A DNA stretch of 63,990 nt, filler included, from Lama guanicoe (Eukaryota), in the NCBI GenBank assembly GCA_013239625.1. It is 94 parts of 94 records of this genome, joined end to end, with 100 filler letters (N's around TTAATTAATTAA, not from the genome) between each part and the next. Parts side by side here need not be neighbours in the genome. Positions count along the whole stretch, not along the records: positions 12,648 to 13,183 come from PNXV01029001.1; positions 13,284 to 13,660 come from PNXV01029002.1; positions 13,761 to 14,107 come from PNXV01029003.1; positions 14,208 to 14,756 come from PNXV01029004.1; positions 14,857 to 15,350 come from PNXV01029005.1; positions 15,451 to 15,953 come from PNXV01029007.1; positions 16,054 to 16,657 come from PNXV01029008.1; positions 16,758 to 17,620 come from PNXV01029010.1; 86 more parts are not named here. One strand, given 5' to 3'. Made by a program: the position numbers and the translations under genes. The notes under the pieces are model-generated. The model saw only the letters and a list, made by a program, of their open reading frames with translations, did not search any database and was not told where the DNA came from. Positions 12,548 to 26,236 of this stretch are shown here, piece by piece. The first letter of the stretch is position 1; each line of letters starts with the position of its first letter.

Positions 12548-13283
12548 NNNNNNNNNNNNNNNNNNNNNNNNNNNNNNNNNNNNNNNNNNNNTTAATTAAT
12601 TAANNNNNNNNNNNNNNNNNNNNNNNNNNNNNNNNNNNNNNNNNNNNATTTATCAGATATATTCTAAGAAAGATAAAAATACTTGAACTCAAAATACTTC
12701 ATCACCCATATCTCTAACTACATTCTCAAAGAAAGTCAGTCCACCAGAAATGATCCTTGAAAAAAATACAATCATGATAAGTGAGCTGCAGAATTTGAAG
12801 ACCTCTTGAATGTATAAAGATTCACTCAGCCATATGACATGCTTCCTATTTAGTTATCACCACGAACTCCAATAGTGTTTCACTTGAAAACAATATGAAA
12901 GAAAACAACAGGGTGGGGGGAATTTTATTCTGCAATTCTGTTTCCACTGTGCCTTGAAACAGATGACCCAATAATATTAGCTGTCCTAGAAAGTACACTT
13001 AATACAATTGACAAAAATAGCTATGTGAAAATGATGGCATTGCTGCATGGATGCTGAGTGTCATTGGTATTGATGGTTTTGATATTGACACTTATATCCA
13101 GAGTATTACATACAGTGAATTGAGAGTGTGATATTATGTTAAGGTTTTAGAATTGTATTTCAACACTACTGTACAAAACTCCCNNNNNNNNNNNNNNNNN
13201 NNNNNNNNNNNNNNNNNNNNNNNNNNNTTAATTAATTAANNNNNNNNNNNNNNNNNNNNNNNNNNNNNNNNNNNNNNNNNNNN

Positions 13284-13660
13284 ATACAATGGAATAAAGA
13301 CAGTCACTTCAGCAAATGGTGTTGGGAAAACTAGACAGCAGCATGTAAACCACTGAAGCTAGGACACTCCTTTACACCATACACAAAAATCAACTCAAAT
13401 TGTTCAAAGACTTAAACATAAGACAAGATACAGTAAATCTCCTAGAAGAAAACATAGGCAAAACATTATCTGACATACATCTCAAAAAATGTTCTCCTAG
13501 GACAATCTACCCAAGCAATACAAATAAAAGCAAAAATAAACAAAAGGGACCTAAAGAAACTTATAACAAGCTTCTGCACAGCAAAGTAAACCATAAGTAA
13601 AACAAAAAGATAACCTACAGAATGGGAGAAAGTTTTTGCAAATGAAACCGACAAAGGCTT
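13284..13660 (+). mobile_element. LINE-1 ORF2 fragment (relatively young)
   Basis: QWNKDSHFSKWCWEN*TAACK...TPYTKINSNxFKDLNIRQDTVNLLEENIGKTLSDI is unmistakable L1 ORF2. Confidence 0.95.
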
Positions 13661-14207
13661 NNNNNNNNNNNNNNNNNNNNNNNNNNNNNNNNNNNNNNNN
13701 NNNNTTAATTAATTAANNNNNNNNNNNNNNNNNNNNNNNNNNNNNNNNNNNNNNNNNNNNCTTCATCTCTACTGGTCAGGTAATATCAGATATCTAATGT
13801 AGACTTCTACGGCTTTGTTAAGTGAAAATTTTAGACACTTGGCTCTACGCAATGCCATGGGATTTCTGTGAGGGCAATTCCTCCTAGACATTGATGCCAT
13901 ATCCTGTTCCTGTGTGTGTTGTCCTGTATATCTCCAATTGCTGGTGTTGCATTTGTTTTGATAAACAACCCATACTATTTCGAGTATCATAACTTCATTT
14001 TGATGACGCTTATCTCACAATTCTGAAAGTGTGCAGGACTCTCCATCTTGTGGAAATTAATCTTCTAAAGGTTCTCAGCTCTGCATTCTGCTCTATGTCA
14101 TTTTGGANNNNNNNNNNNNNNNNNNNNNNNNNNNNNNNNNNNNNNNNNNNNTTAATTAATTAANNNNNNNNNNNNNNNNNNNNNNNNNNNNNNNNNNNNN
14201 NNNNNNN

Positions 14208-14756
14208 ACTGCCTCTGTTCTGGTTTCTCACTGCAGCCGCCCACCAGGTGCCCCGATCTCCTGTCCAGGCTCCACAGAGGGCTCAGGTGACCATTCCAAG
14301 AAGTAAACTGACCAGCAGCCCTCACCTGCTGCTGAACAAGGTTCGAATGCCTTGTCCTGGCACCTAAGACCTGACTGTTCCACCTGTCCCATTCATCTCT
14401 CTAGCCACCCTCTCACATCAAGCCGCACTGGACTAGCCTGAAGGTCCCCAAAGATGCCCTGTTCTCAAATGCCCCTGCGCTGTCGCACCTGTTCTGAATC
14501 CTGCAAATGCCCTTCTCCCCTCTCCCTGCCCTGCTTCCTGGGCACCTACTTCCTGTCCATCTTTCAAGACCCAGCTCAAGAATGCCCTTATTTGAGAAGT
14601 GGTCTCCATGCTCCTCCACAACCCCAGCTGGGCTCTGCCCCTTGTGCTGCCACACAACTGTGTACACACATTATCTCCATCGGGACATGTCATCCATGTA
14701 TGCAGTTTCTGTTCACATTTTCTCTTCCTCCAGATGGTAAAATCCTGGCAAGCAGG
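14208..14756 (+). mobile_element. L2 LINE fragment
   Basis: Pyrimidine-rich, with TGCAAATGCCCTTCTCCCC...TCCATCTTTCAAGACCCAGCTCAAGAATGCCC, typical of the L2 3' region. Confidence 0.65.
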
Positions 14757-16053
14757 NNNNNNNNNNNNNNNNNNNNNNNNNNNNNNNNNNNNNNNNNNNN
14801 TTAATTAATTAANNNNNNNNNNNNNNNNNNNNNNNNNNNNNNNNNNNNNNNNNNNNGAAAAACTCACCAAGTGCTTCAAGGGTAGAAATGTGGCCTCATT
14901 ACTTTTAGAGCTCGCTGTAATTTAGAAATTGACGGGTAGGACTTATTTCCTTATATTCAAAAAGAATAAACTTGTATGTGTTTTATTGTCAGTTTCTTGG
15001 TGCTTGGTGTCTAGTGTTAATTATTTGTGTCTGTAGCGGAAAGAAGGAGGCAGGGCTGCTCCCTTGCATTGTGGTGCCCGGATGCAAGAAAAGCTTGAGG
15101 GTTAGACAGACACCAACAATAATAACCACCAGCAGTCAATCTGTAAGCTAAACTCAGAGCCACGATGAGGGCCAGGTGGCCTACAGATCTTTAAAATGTT
15201 ACAGTTATTTCATTTATCATGAGGCCAAGGAAGCCTAACTCCTGATGACGGCTATGTATCATTTTCCTTGAAGATACAGTGAACTTCACTGGTTTGCTTG
15301 AGTCATCCAACAAATTTGTATGTGTGTGTTTGAAAATATAGAGATTTCAGNNNNNNNNNNNNNNNNNNNNNNNNNNNNNNNNNNNNNNNNNNNNTTAATT
15401 AATTAANNNNNNNNNNNNNNNNNNNNNNNNNNNNNNNNNNNNNNNNNNNNTGACAGGATAGTGTCATGACAGATTTTAAACACTAAGTTGGGAAAAATTT
15501 AGTCTCATGAAGAATGATTTCCTCCTGTAGCTATCTCTGCCATGCTCATACACCCACTGTGCATATCTGATCCTGGCAACACCCCAGGAAATTCAGGTCC
15601 CAGGTCCTGTCATCACTGAACACCATACCTTGCAGATGTATAGCCCCATTTGTATAATGGCAATTGCTCTATGCTGGAGCAATGAGGCCACTCACAACCT
15701 ACGGTCTCAGGGTGACCTGAGTGTGAATATCATTTTGTAGGAAGAAAGGTAGGTTGGAGACAGTTTATCATGACTTGATATTTATCTCCTTTATACTTCA
15801 CCAGAAGACAGGAAGTTCCAAAACTGATCATGGTCATAGACAGTATCTGGCTAAATCACAGACTGGGAGGCATTTTGTGAGGAACTTCTGGGTCGGTTTG
15901 TTCGACAAACTTAGCATGTCTTTTTCTTTTTTTTCACTTTTTGGTTTTATTAGNNNNNNNNNNNNNNNNNNNNNNNNNNNNNNNNNNNNNNNNNNNNTTA
16001 ATTAATTAANNNNNNNNNNNNNNNNNNNNNNNNNNNNNNNNNNNNNNNNNNNN

Positions 16054-16657
16054 ATGAAAGAATGACGGTAAGTGGTACAGGGGGGAAAAAAGAGTACAGG
16101 AGATGGCACAGGGCGGTCAGGAAAGGCCTCGCGGAGCTGATATTTAAATAAGGACCTTAAGTATGGAGCAAGGTGTAGAGATTTCTAAAGGAAGAGTGTT
16201 CCAGAGAGAAGGAGCAGAGGAATAGTAATGATTCAGTTTGAGATGCTTCTGAGACATCCAAGCGGAAACGTGACGGAGGCAGTCAGATATGGGTCTGAAG
16301 ATCAGGGTAGAGGTCAGGCTTGAGATATAGCTTTAAGTACACTGGTAGGTCATGAAGCCAGATGAGACCTCCCAGGAAGTCACTCAAAAGAGACAGAAGG
16401 AAAGAACAAAGACTGAGCCTTGGGATCCAATAACATTTACAGATTGAGGCCATGAGAAAGAGCCAGCAACAGAGACTGAGAAGGAACAGCCAGTGAGAGA
16501 GGAGAATCAAGAGACTGTTGTCCCGGAAGTGAAGTGAAGAAAAAAAGCATTTGAGGGTAGAAGTGATCAACTATGTCAAATTCTGTTGAAGGTCAATTAA
16601 GAAGGGCCGCTAGCTGACTCTTAGATTTAAGAATGTGGACATGGTAGATTGTTCTAA
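16054..16657 (-). mobile_element. L2 LINE fragment (antisense)
   Basis: Purine-rich, with GAGATGCTTCTGAGACATCCAAGCGGA...GACTGAGAAGGAACAGCCAGTGAGAGAGGAGAATCAAGAGA. Confidence 0.8.
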
Positions 16658-16757
16658 NNNNNNNNNNNNNNNNNNNNNNNNNNNNNNNNNNNNNNNNNNN
16701 NTTAATTAATTAANNNNNNNNNNNNNNNNNNNNNNNNNNNNNNNNNNNNNNNNNNNN

Positions 16758-17620
16758 TATTTCATTAAGTATAATGTTTTCAAGATTCCCATGAAATCAA
16801 AATTTCGTTCCTTTTTTTGGCCGAATAATATTCCATTGTATGTATATAGCACATTTTGTTTATCTGTTTATCTGTAATGGGTTACTTTCACCTTTTGGCT
16901 TTTGTGAACAACGCTGCCTTGTGCATTGGTGTTCAAATATCGGTTCAAGTCTCGGCTTCCCATTCTTTTGGCTGTATATGTATATACCTAGAAGTGGAAT
17001 TTCTGGCTTATATGGTAATTATTTACATTCCCACTAGCAATGCTTAGGGATTCCAGTTTCTCTGTATGTGTGTCAACACTTGTTATTTTCCTTTTTTTCT
17101 TATTCTTTTTACTGTCACCATCTTGGTAGAGGTGAAATGGTATCTCATTGTGGTTTTGATTTGTATTTTTCTAATGACTAATGATGTTGAGCATCTTTTT
17201 GTATGGTTTTGACCATTCATTTTTCTTCTTTGGAGAAATGTCTCTTCAAGTCCTTCACCTATTTTTTAATTGGCTTATTTGTTTTTGGTTGTTTAGACTT
17301 TTAGGAGTGCTTTAAGTACTCTGGATATTAATCCCTTATGTATGTGATTTGCAAACATCTTTAAACATTTTCTGGATTGCCTGTTTGTTTTCATGATAGT
17401 ATCTTTTGATGCACAAAGTGCTTTATTTTGATGAAGTCTAATTTATCCTTTTTTTCTTGTTGCCTGTGCTTTTGCTGTTATATCCATGAAGTTGTTGCAA
17501 AATCTGTGTCGTGAAAATTTTCCTCTGTTTTCTGCCAAGAATTGTGCAGTTTTGGCTCTTAAGTTTAAGTTTATGACCATTTGGAGTTAATTTTTGTATA
17601 TGGTGCAAGTAAGAGTCCAG
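16758..17620 (-). mobile_element. LINE-1 ORF2 3' part/3' UTR (antisense)
   Basis: GTGAAATGGTATCTCATTGTGGTTTTGATTTGTATTTTTCTAATGACTAATGATGTTGAGCATCTTTT...TTGGAGAAATGTCT. Confidence 0.95.
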
Positions 17621-18957
17621 NNNNNNNNNNNNNNNNNNNNNNNNNNNNNNNNNNNNNNNNNNNNTTAATTAATTAANNNNNNNNNNNNNNNNNNNNNNNN
17701 NNNNNNNNNNNNNNNNNNNNTCAAAATCATTTGAGAATCTTGCTACCCACATTATACACTGGGTTTTATCTAAATGTAAGCAGAATAAAACATAGCGGAA
17801 AAGTCCTGACAAGACTCTCCTTTTGTTTCTATTCCAATGAGGACAATTACTCCATAGACTCACAGTTAGAACTGCTCTGAAATGATCAGCTGCTCAGCTG
17901 GGAGAGCTCGCCCTACAAGGGCAAGCTGCTTTGATAACACGAAGAAGGCGCTCTTGTAAGTTTAGAAGGAGAAACTGACACTTACTGGGGAATAATTTGG
18001 ACAAGGAAGAGGCTCTGATGCTAAGTGCTATCATGTGTTGGAGGGCACCTTGGAAGGAAAGATTAAGTAGTTGTGTCTCATTATCTTTAAGTCAAGTAGT
18101 AGGAGGTAGAATTTGGGGCTTCTAAATTGTCATTGTAACTCACGCTGAAGTCATTTAGAATCCAAGAACAGTAGTGTGGATTTCCCAGAATCCTGCCCTG
18201 GGCTGTCGAATGGGGCTTTAATTCTAGGGCTAACTTTNNNNNNNNNNNNNNNNNNNNNNNNNNNNNNNNNNNNNNNNNNNNTTAATTAATTAANNNNNNN
18301 NNNNNNNNNNNNNNNNNNNNNNNNNNNNNNNNNNNNNCTAAAGAGTTCTTCATGGCAGGCCATTCCAAAGGGTATCAAAGAGAGCCGAGATGGGCAAATG
18401 AAAGATTAGAAAGGACACAGAAGGGCAAAATCTTGACCTTTCAATTCACCCATAGGCGAACCTTATTGACCCTGTGGAATACTCTGTATATAAAGCAAAA
18501 AAGAGGGTTCCCATTCAATTAGGAATCTAATGAATTATTTTTTGAGAATGTTGTTTTTGGTGGCTGTGCTGTGACCTGTTTAGAAAAAGTAAAAACATAA
18601 GGGTCATGAATTCCAAAGTCACAAGTGCTTATCTTTTAAGCAAAAGTGTGCTGTTGCCTTAACCCTGCTCCCCTTGGTGACATTTGCTTGGAGAGTCTTT
18701 GTAAATTTTGCTTAGAGTGAGTTCTCAAGCATTGGGGTTTTCTGCACAGCTAGCCTTCCCGAGATATCCACATCTTCAGATTGACCTTGACATCACTGAG
18801 GTGACAACACTACACCCTTGATGTCCATAAAAGGAAGGCTATGTGTGACTACACAGCNNNNNNNNNNNNNNNNNNNNNNNNNNNNNNNNNNNNNNNNNNN
18901 NTTAATTAATTAANNNNNNNNNNNNNNNNNNNNNNNNNNNNNNNNNNNNNNNNNNNN

Positions 18958-19325
18958 ACTTTGCAAGACAAGCAAGGTTAACTTGACCTGGGTCGCTTCT
19001 TGCTTATGCCTCTGAAAATCATAAGCAGAACTTAAAAAGTCCTCCAAAGTTGATACGTGATAACTGCTAACCAATTCGCACTTATTAAAGAAAATTCCAA
19101 TATTCTAACCAATCACTATGAAGAATAAACACTTAACTGCTTTCATACTATATACATACTATATAAGCTGCTTTATCACAATATATCTCTGAGCCCCATT
19201 CCATGTTTTGGTTTGAGTGCTTGCAGTCTGCAAATAGCCTTTTCAGTGTGTGAACGAAAACCTTTTTCTAATTGCTACTTAAGTGATTCATTGGTTTTAC
19301 TTTCTTTTTTTATGAAATTTTAACA
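18958..19325 (+). mobile_element. ERV1-type LTR (partial)
   Basis: CCAAT motifs, TATATAAGC TATA box and terminal ...TTTTAACA; general ERV1 LTR layout. Confidence 0.55.
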
Positions 19326-19693
19326 GGAAAGAGACATCCTCTGGGAAATCATGATTTGGCCATTGACCTCTATGTGGGGAGGGGTGGCCTATATGCTAAA
19401 TGTCTGTGGGCCACCCTTGAGTCTGGGTCACCCCATAGACACCAGCTGGTCTAATGCCCNNNNNNNNNNNNNNNNNNNNNNNNNNNNNNNNNNNNNNNNN
19501 NNNTTAATTAATTAANNNNNNNNNNNNNNNNNNNNNNNNNNNNNNNNNNNNNNNNNNNNCTGAAAATGGAGACTATAAGGGTAAATTTACGGTTTTATTA
19601 TTTAAGTACCTTTAAAATTGGTAATTAGAAGACAATCCAATTTTAAAAATTAGGCAGAAGATTTGAACTGATACTTCACCAAAAACTAAAAAG

Positions 19694-20091
19694 ATAGCTG
19701 AGTAGTATTCCATTGTATAGAATGAAATTTTGCCATTTGCAGCAATGTAGATGGATTTGGAGGGTATTAGGCTAAGGGAAATAAGTCAGACAGAGAAAGA
19801 CAAACTGTATGATATCGCTTATATGTGGAACCTACAAAATACAACAAACTAGTGAATAGAACAAAAAGGACGTAGGCTCACAGATCTAGAGAGCAAACTT
19901 TGGTTACCAGTGGGGAGAGGGAAGAGAAAGGGACAATATAGGGTAGGGGATTAAGAGGTGCAGAGTATTATGTATAAAATAAGCTACAAGGATGTACTGC
20001 ACAACACAGGGAACATGGTCAATGTTTTGTAATAATTATAAATGGAGCATAACCTTTAAAAATTGTGACTCTATTGTACACTTGTAGCTTA
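19694..20091 (+). mobile_element. 5'-truncated, 5'-inverted LINE-1 3' end inserted in an older L1
   Basis: 19720-20091 is the sense L1 end (GAATGAAATTTTGCCATTTGCAGCAA...GAAATAAGTCAGACAGAGAAAGACAAA). 19694-19719 is the reverse complement of the L1 sequence normally just upstream. Confidence 0.88.
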
Positions 20092-21634
20092 NNNNNNNNN
20101 NNNNNNNNNNNNNNNNNNNNNNNNNNNNNNNNNNNTTAATTAATTAANNNNNNNNNNNNNNNNNNNNNNNNNNNNNNNNNNNNNNNNNNNNCTCCTGCAC
20201 TGAATGAGCCATGAGTACTTTCTTTATGATAAACCATTGACGTTTTGGAGTTTTCTGAAATGTGGGTGTGTTTATAACTGTACAGCCTTCCCTGTATTAT
20301 TTCTCCAGAGACAGAGAGATTATAAGCATTAAGGACAGTCTGATTTTTTTTTTCCCACTGTAATCACAATAATTTCTGTGGGCCTATCCCTGGCAATAGA
20401 TGTAACAGCCAAAAGGTAAAGTGTCACCTCTGTAGAGAAATTGTTCTTAATAAGGAGGAGAAGAACACAGAGACTAAAGGAACCAGAGACGGGTTTTTCA
20501 ATTTGTTAAATTAGAAACACCAGCTCTCTGCGAGAGAAGGAGACTCAGCACAATGAAGATTTGACATTTTTGTCCAAGCAAGAGATGGATGTAGATATCG
20601 ATATGGATGTAAGTATCAAGATATAAACACACGCATTTCACACATATAATTTTTTTCCTGATATTTTCAACTGGTGTTACCGTTTTAATAAACTCATTTC
20701 CCCTTGGCATGCACAGACTTGTAACCTACCAATGTTAAGTGTACTGGAGTCATAATTATGGAGCTAAAGAATTTGCATNNNNNNNNNNNNNNNNNNNNNN
20801 NNNNNNNNNNNNNNNNNNNNNNTTAATTAATTAANNNNNNNNNNNNNNNNNNNNNNNNNNNNNNNNNNNNNNNNNNNNATTGGTAAGGTGGCTGAGAACA
20901 GAATTCTAGCTCCAAACACCTCGCCCCACCCTCCCCGCGTCATAAAGACCCCGCCCCCTTGCCCTCCACCGTCCAATCCGGAGAGTGTGCTAGTTCTGAC
21001 ACGTGGGTAAAGGATTTACTTCTAGAAGCTTTTAGGATCTTTCCTTTACCTCGGAGTACGGGAATTCCCTTAGGATACATTAACTCTGTTATCATGACTT
21101 TGGTGAGAGCAACACACAGGAAGTCCGAGGAACGGTGCAAAATCAGCTACGGCCACGGGGATGCTTTAAACGATGTTATGAACTTCGGTCTTTCTCTTCC
21201 CTCTTCTCAGGGCTGGTCTTCTCTGTGTGTTGGATTTTCTCAGGTTGACGATGGCCTTAAAAACGGCCCCTTTTGGTTCAGGGTCACTGGATCTGCACGC
21301 ACTGGAGACCTTGGAAAGGGGAGATACAGGTATCTCGCACCTGTGGCTCCCCTAAGAAGCAGCAATGGGCCAGCTCCGTATACGGGAGAGGAGCTCACTG
21401 TTACCGAAAGGAAAGGAGCTGAACAGACAACAGCAGTCCACCAGGCTGGCACGGTTTTTTTCCCCTTCGTTCTATTTGGCACCTTCTGGAACCTTTCCAT
21501 CAAAAGATCTGTATTTCTCCTGCTAAAGAAAATTNNNNNNNNNNNNNNNNNNNNNNNNNNNNNNNNNNNNNNNNNNNNTTAATTAATTAANNNNNNNNNN
21601 NNNNNNNNNNNNNNNNNNNNNNNNNNNNNNNNNN

Positions 21635-22162
21635 GGTCTTTGTGTCTTCAGCCTGTTTTGTGAACTCAGCTTGCTGTTTCCAGAGGCTCTCTGTTGGCAC
21701 ACTCGTCTGTGCTGCTCCCAGTGGCTGTTGGCTAGCAGACTGGGTCAACACTGGATCAGGTGCTGAGCTCTTACCCGGTGGGCAGGCCACTTCCCCTCCT
21801 GATGCCGCAGTCAGATGCTGCACTCAGGCGAGGCAGGTGGGTGGATCACGCCCCTTCCCAGCACGGTGGTCAGGTGCTGCATTCTTGCCAGGAAGGCAGG
21901 TTGCTGCTCTCTGCAGCTGCCCACTCTGCCTCGAGTAGGCGCTCTGAAGGCAGGCTAAGGGAAAACCACGGAACGGCCCCGCCCCTGCTCCGTGCCAAAT
22001 CTCAGCTCCTCATTTATCTTGGTGGCGTAAGTTCTCTGAGCTGCCAGGGCAGAAAGATTCTATCTGCCTCGGGCTATAAACAAGTCTCAGTCCTGCGTAG
22101 GAGATTGCAGAGCCCCCACGTACGGATTCAGGTCTCAGCCCCACCCCCACCCCTGCCCGGGT
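21635..22162 (-). mobile_element. Probable LINE-1 5' UTR (antisense, GC-rich)
   Basis: GC-rich sequence that resembles a recalled camelid L1 5' UTR; no coding signal to confirm. Confidence 0.45.
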
Positions 22163-22287
22163 NNNNNNNNNNNNNNNNNNNNNNNNNNNNNNNNNNNNNN
22201 NNNNNNTTAATTAATTAANNNNNNNNNNNNNNNNNNNNNNNNNNNNNNNNNNNNNNNNNNNNTCTTAATCCTTAAGGCCAACTAGGA

Positions 22288-22331
22288 GGTGACTCTTCCA
22301 CCATTTTGGTGAATCTTCCACCATTTTGGTG
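22288..22331 (+). repeat. 20-bp tandem duplication
   Basis: TCTTCCACCATTTTGGTG occurs twice with a 20-bp period. Confidence 0.9.
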
Positions 22332-22443
22332 TTAAACTGCTGTCATTACTTGAGTGGCTGTCCAGGCCCTCTTCCCTCCTGTTTCAGCACCACCCTAACG
22401 CAAATGCAGTGATGGAGGGCTTCAGTTTCTTAGCAGCTGGACC

Positions 22444-22806
22444 TGTCAAACACACAAAGCCAAGCTCCAGCAGAAGCAGTAAGGACAGATTTTTAATCAG
22501 TGACATACGCTGCATTACAGAAGAGCCATCCAGTGTGAAAGGAACACAATTTCCATTCATACAGAGGTGACTTGGGTGTTTTAAAGGGAGACTGAGGGAA
22601 TGGGGAGGAGAAACAGTAGAAGCTTGACAGAGTCAGGGAAGTGAAAAATTGCACAGAGTTGGTCAGTGTAACTGCCGTAAGGCCAACGGTGTCTGTTAAC
22701 TGGTCATTACTGAACTTCGCATCCTGTCCTTCTCTGGAGACTGGGAGACGGAGGCCTCCTCCTTCCTAATCATTATGGTCCAGAGAAATGGCTTTCAGGT
22801 CCTGGA
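22444..22806 (-). mobile_element. ERV1-type LTR (antisense)
   Basis: Starts TGTCAAA, with minus-strand ATTAAA in CAGATTTTTAATCAG and TTTTAAAGGGAG further on; LTR-like layout. Confidence 0.55.
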
Positions 22807-24059
22807 NNNNNNNNNNNNNNNNNNNNNNNNNNNNNNNNNNNNNNNNNNNNTTAATTAATTAANNNNNNNNNNNNNNNNNNNNNNNNNNNNNNNNNNNNNN
22901 NNNNNNAGAGAAGAGACTTAAGTCTATTTGTGTTTTTAAATGATTACAGTAACTACTATGTGAAGTGACTTAAGGGGGTTAGAAGTAAGCAAGTAGCACA
23001 GATGATGGTGGCTGGACCAGCACATTGGCAGTGGAAAGGAGAGAGGTGGCTGGGTTTTAGATATACTTAGGAGACAAAAGCAACTAAGTGAACCATAGGA
23101 TAAAGTAGTCGAGGTTAAAAGAAGCATCAAGGGTGACACCTGAATGACATACATGCACAAACTGTATAAAATAACACTCACATCTGTATGTGAATTTTTA
23201 CCATTGGTAAACTCAGCTGCTACCAGGAAAGTACTAACACANNNNNNNNNNNNNNNNNNNNNNNNNNNNNNNNNNNNNNNNNNNNTTAATTAATTAANNN
23301 NNNNNNNNNNNNNNNNNNNNNNNNNNNNNNNNNNNNNNNNNAAAATGTATTGACTATAAAATGTTTCCCCATCCACATGTATCTCTATGTCTGCTTACTA
23401 CATTTGATTAATTTACTTAATTCTGAGGTCCCTATGATGGGAAAGCAATTTTGCAAAACCACATGGCTCTTGATTTTTAAAACCACTTTGCAAGGGGAAC
23501 TTACGCTATAATATAAACCGAATATTGTATTTTCATACCAGATGAGCTCTCTAGTATGACTCATATGACACACATGGAAAATCAAATTTCTGCATTGAAA
23601 GATCCCTTTCCCAGCCTAGGTGAAATCTTAGGTAAAAGGTTCAGCTCTGGGATGGCTTAAATCTCGCTTATGACTTTATTAGCTATACTGATTGTGTTCT
23701 ATATAATTTCCAGAATAATAATCTCTTGGGCATCTTGGTTCATATCCAAACCCCAACTAAAATAATGATGCCTAAATGACTTGAAACTACTGATCATATC
23801 TACAGTTCTAGATAAGATAATGGGCACGATGCACATACAGGGTAAAATTGGAATGTCCTATGGGCCACCCGGAGTTGATGATCAGTCCTATTCTACGAGC
23901 CTAACTTCCTAAAGGAAGGAAAGAACCAAGCTGCTAAGACCTGGCATCAAGAGACACGANNNNNNNNNNNNNNNNNNNNNNNNNNNNNNNNNNNNNNNNN
24001 NNNTTAATTAATTAANNNNNNNNNNNNNNNNNNNNNNNNNNNNNNNNNNNNNNNNNNNN

Positions 24060-24634
24060 TTACAAAGCTTGTAGGATGCAACTGAAGCAAAGCTATGATG
24101 GAAAGATCTTAGACAAATACATTTACTTGAAAAATTAGAAATATTTAAATTGAATGAGTTCATTGTTCAATTTAGGGGATTAGAAATTTAACTTAAAAAC
24201 TAAACATAAATAATAGAGAAATAATGAAAAAATGAAATAGGAACACAGATTTCAAAAAAAGCAAAACAAAAATCAAATAATTTCACATACCAAAAACTAT
24301 TCCCTTGAGGAATTTCATAAACACAAAGGGCACAACCCTTAAAAGAATAGGATGATAAACTCAACTAAGTGAATACTAAATTTTTCTATTAAATAATGGC
24401 ATCACAAACAAAGTTTAAAGCTAGTTATTGACTGGGAGAAAATATTTGCAAGATGTATAACTGATTATAAAGGTTTAGAATACAGAATAAATAAATTTAC
24501 GTATCAATAGGAAAATTACTTCCCATGTTTTAAAATGTCCAAAGCTCAAGCAATTACACAGAATTGACAGAAAAAGAAAATATACTTTACCTCACTAATA
24601 ACCTGTGAAATACAAATTAAAATAACTAAGAGCT
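24060..24634 (+). mobile_element. Old LINE-1 ORF2 fragments
   Basis: A-rich, with AAAGCTTGTAGGATGCAACTGAAGCA and GACTGGGAGAAAATATTTGCAA (WEKIFA). Confidence 0.8.
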
Positions 24635-26236
24635 NNNNNNNNNNNNNNNNNNNNNNNNNNNNNNNNNNNNNNNNNNNNTTAATTAATTAANNNNNNNNNN
24701 NNNNNNNNNNNNNNNNNNNNNNNNNNNNNNNNNNAATAAAACTATTACATATAGAGACACCGAAGAAGAAAAACAACCTATGACTTTATGGTTTACCTTC
24801 CTGACCTGAATTACACTTGAGCAGAAAATGTAGAGGTATAGTTTCTATGCATTGCAAGTTGGAAAGGCAGAGGAAGTATCCTTGGCCCTATTGATAATAG
24901 CTTCTAGGTCTGAGGGTAGTTGAAGTCATAATATTTCTGCAATATTCACAGATGTTACCTGTTACCTGTACACATCTAAATTAATATATAACACATCACC
25001 TGAATACCAGAGTAATTGAATATTTCTGTAGCAGAAACAAATTCCAAAGCATTTATAAAATTAAGCTATATTCTCTAATGCTTCTCCTCTAAAGAATGTA
25101 ACTGTGTACTGATTCATAAAAAGATGGATTTGATGAAATATAAAACAGAGACTTTTCATTAAACATAGAAAACATATTTTTTGAACACAAGAGGATGGAT
25201 GTATTTATTTAATATTGTATATTAAAAGCAGGTTTTGGTGACCCAGAAAGAAGGTAGAAAAGGATGTGGTAAGGGAAGTGCTGGTTCTGAAAGAACAAGG
25301 TGAAGAAAACAGGAAATGTATTTATTTTCTAGGAAAGTGTTTTNNNNNNNNNNNNNNNNNNNNNNNNNNNNNNNNNNNNNNNNNNNNTTAATTAATTAAN
25401 NNNNNNNNNNNNNNNNNNNNNNNNNNNNNNNNNNNNNNNNNNNAGAACTCCAACCTAAATCATACTGTTAGACTATCTGGTATTTACCTTCAGGTAAACA
25501 AAGACATTATATCAAAATACAAAATATATAAACAGCCTGAGGCTCAAGCGTCTACTATAAAAGTTTTTGAGTTCTGGGATAAGGAGGTTGATTCACTAGA
25601 TGTTGACGCCTGCCACAGGAGTGAAGGTTCTCATTATCAGTGCTTGCTGGCCCATAGCCTCTGAGATTTTTTTTCACAAAAAAATTTCAAAATAAAGATA
25701 TAGAAAGAGAAGAGTTCACATGTCTTCTGTGAGAGAGGTGGAAGTTGGGACCCATGGAGGAACTCAATCTTCTTGACCACAAGTGGGGAGAGAATCAGGG
25801 TCTAGGTCCATGTGTTGACATGTACAGAGAAACAGGCAGAGCTTGTGGTCAGCATGGATGGCAGACTGGATACATGTGGAGTAACTGAGTAATAAGTAAA
25901 TATACTGAGGATACCTGGAACCAGGATGCTCACAGTCAGAAAAGAGGTAAAGACATGTAAATGAGGAAGTATAAAATAAATCTTGTTAAATTGGATTGGA
26001 ATTAGAAGTGTCAGTGTCTACTAAATAATTTTTTTAATTATTTAAATTTTAACAAAGCAGAATTCTATATCCAGAGAAAATATATTTAAGAATGAATGCA
26101 AAATAAAGACACTTTCAGATAAAAGAAACGTAACAGNNNNNNNNNNNNNNNNNNNNNNNNNNNNNNNNNNNNNNNNNNNNTTAATTAATTAANNNNNNNN
26201 NNNNNNNNNNNNNNNNNNNNNNNNNNNNNNNNNNNN

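Noticed and set aside
20959..21582. 207-aa ORF, the longest in the track
   Set aside because: TTG start, ends in the linker and has no recognisable motif.
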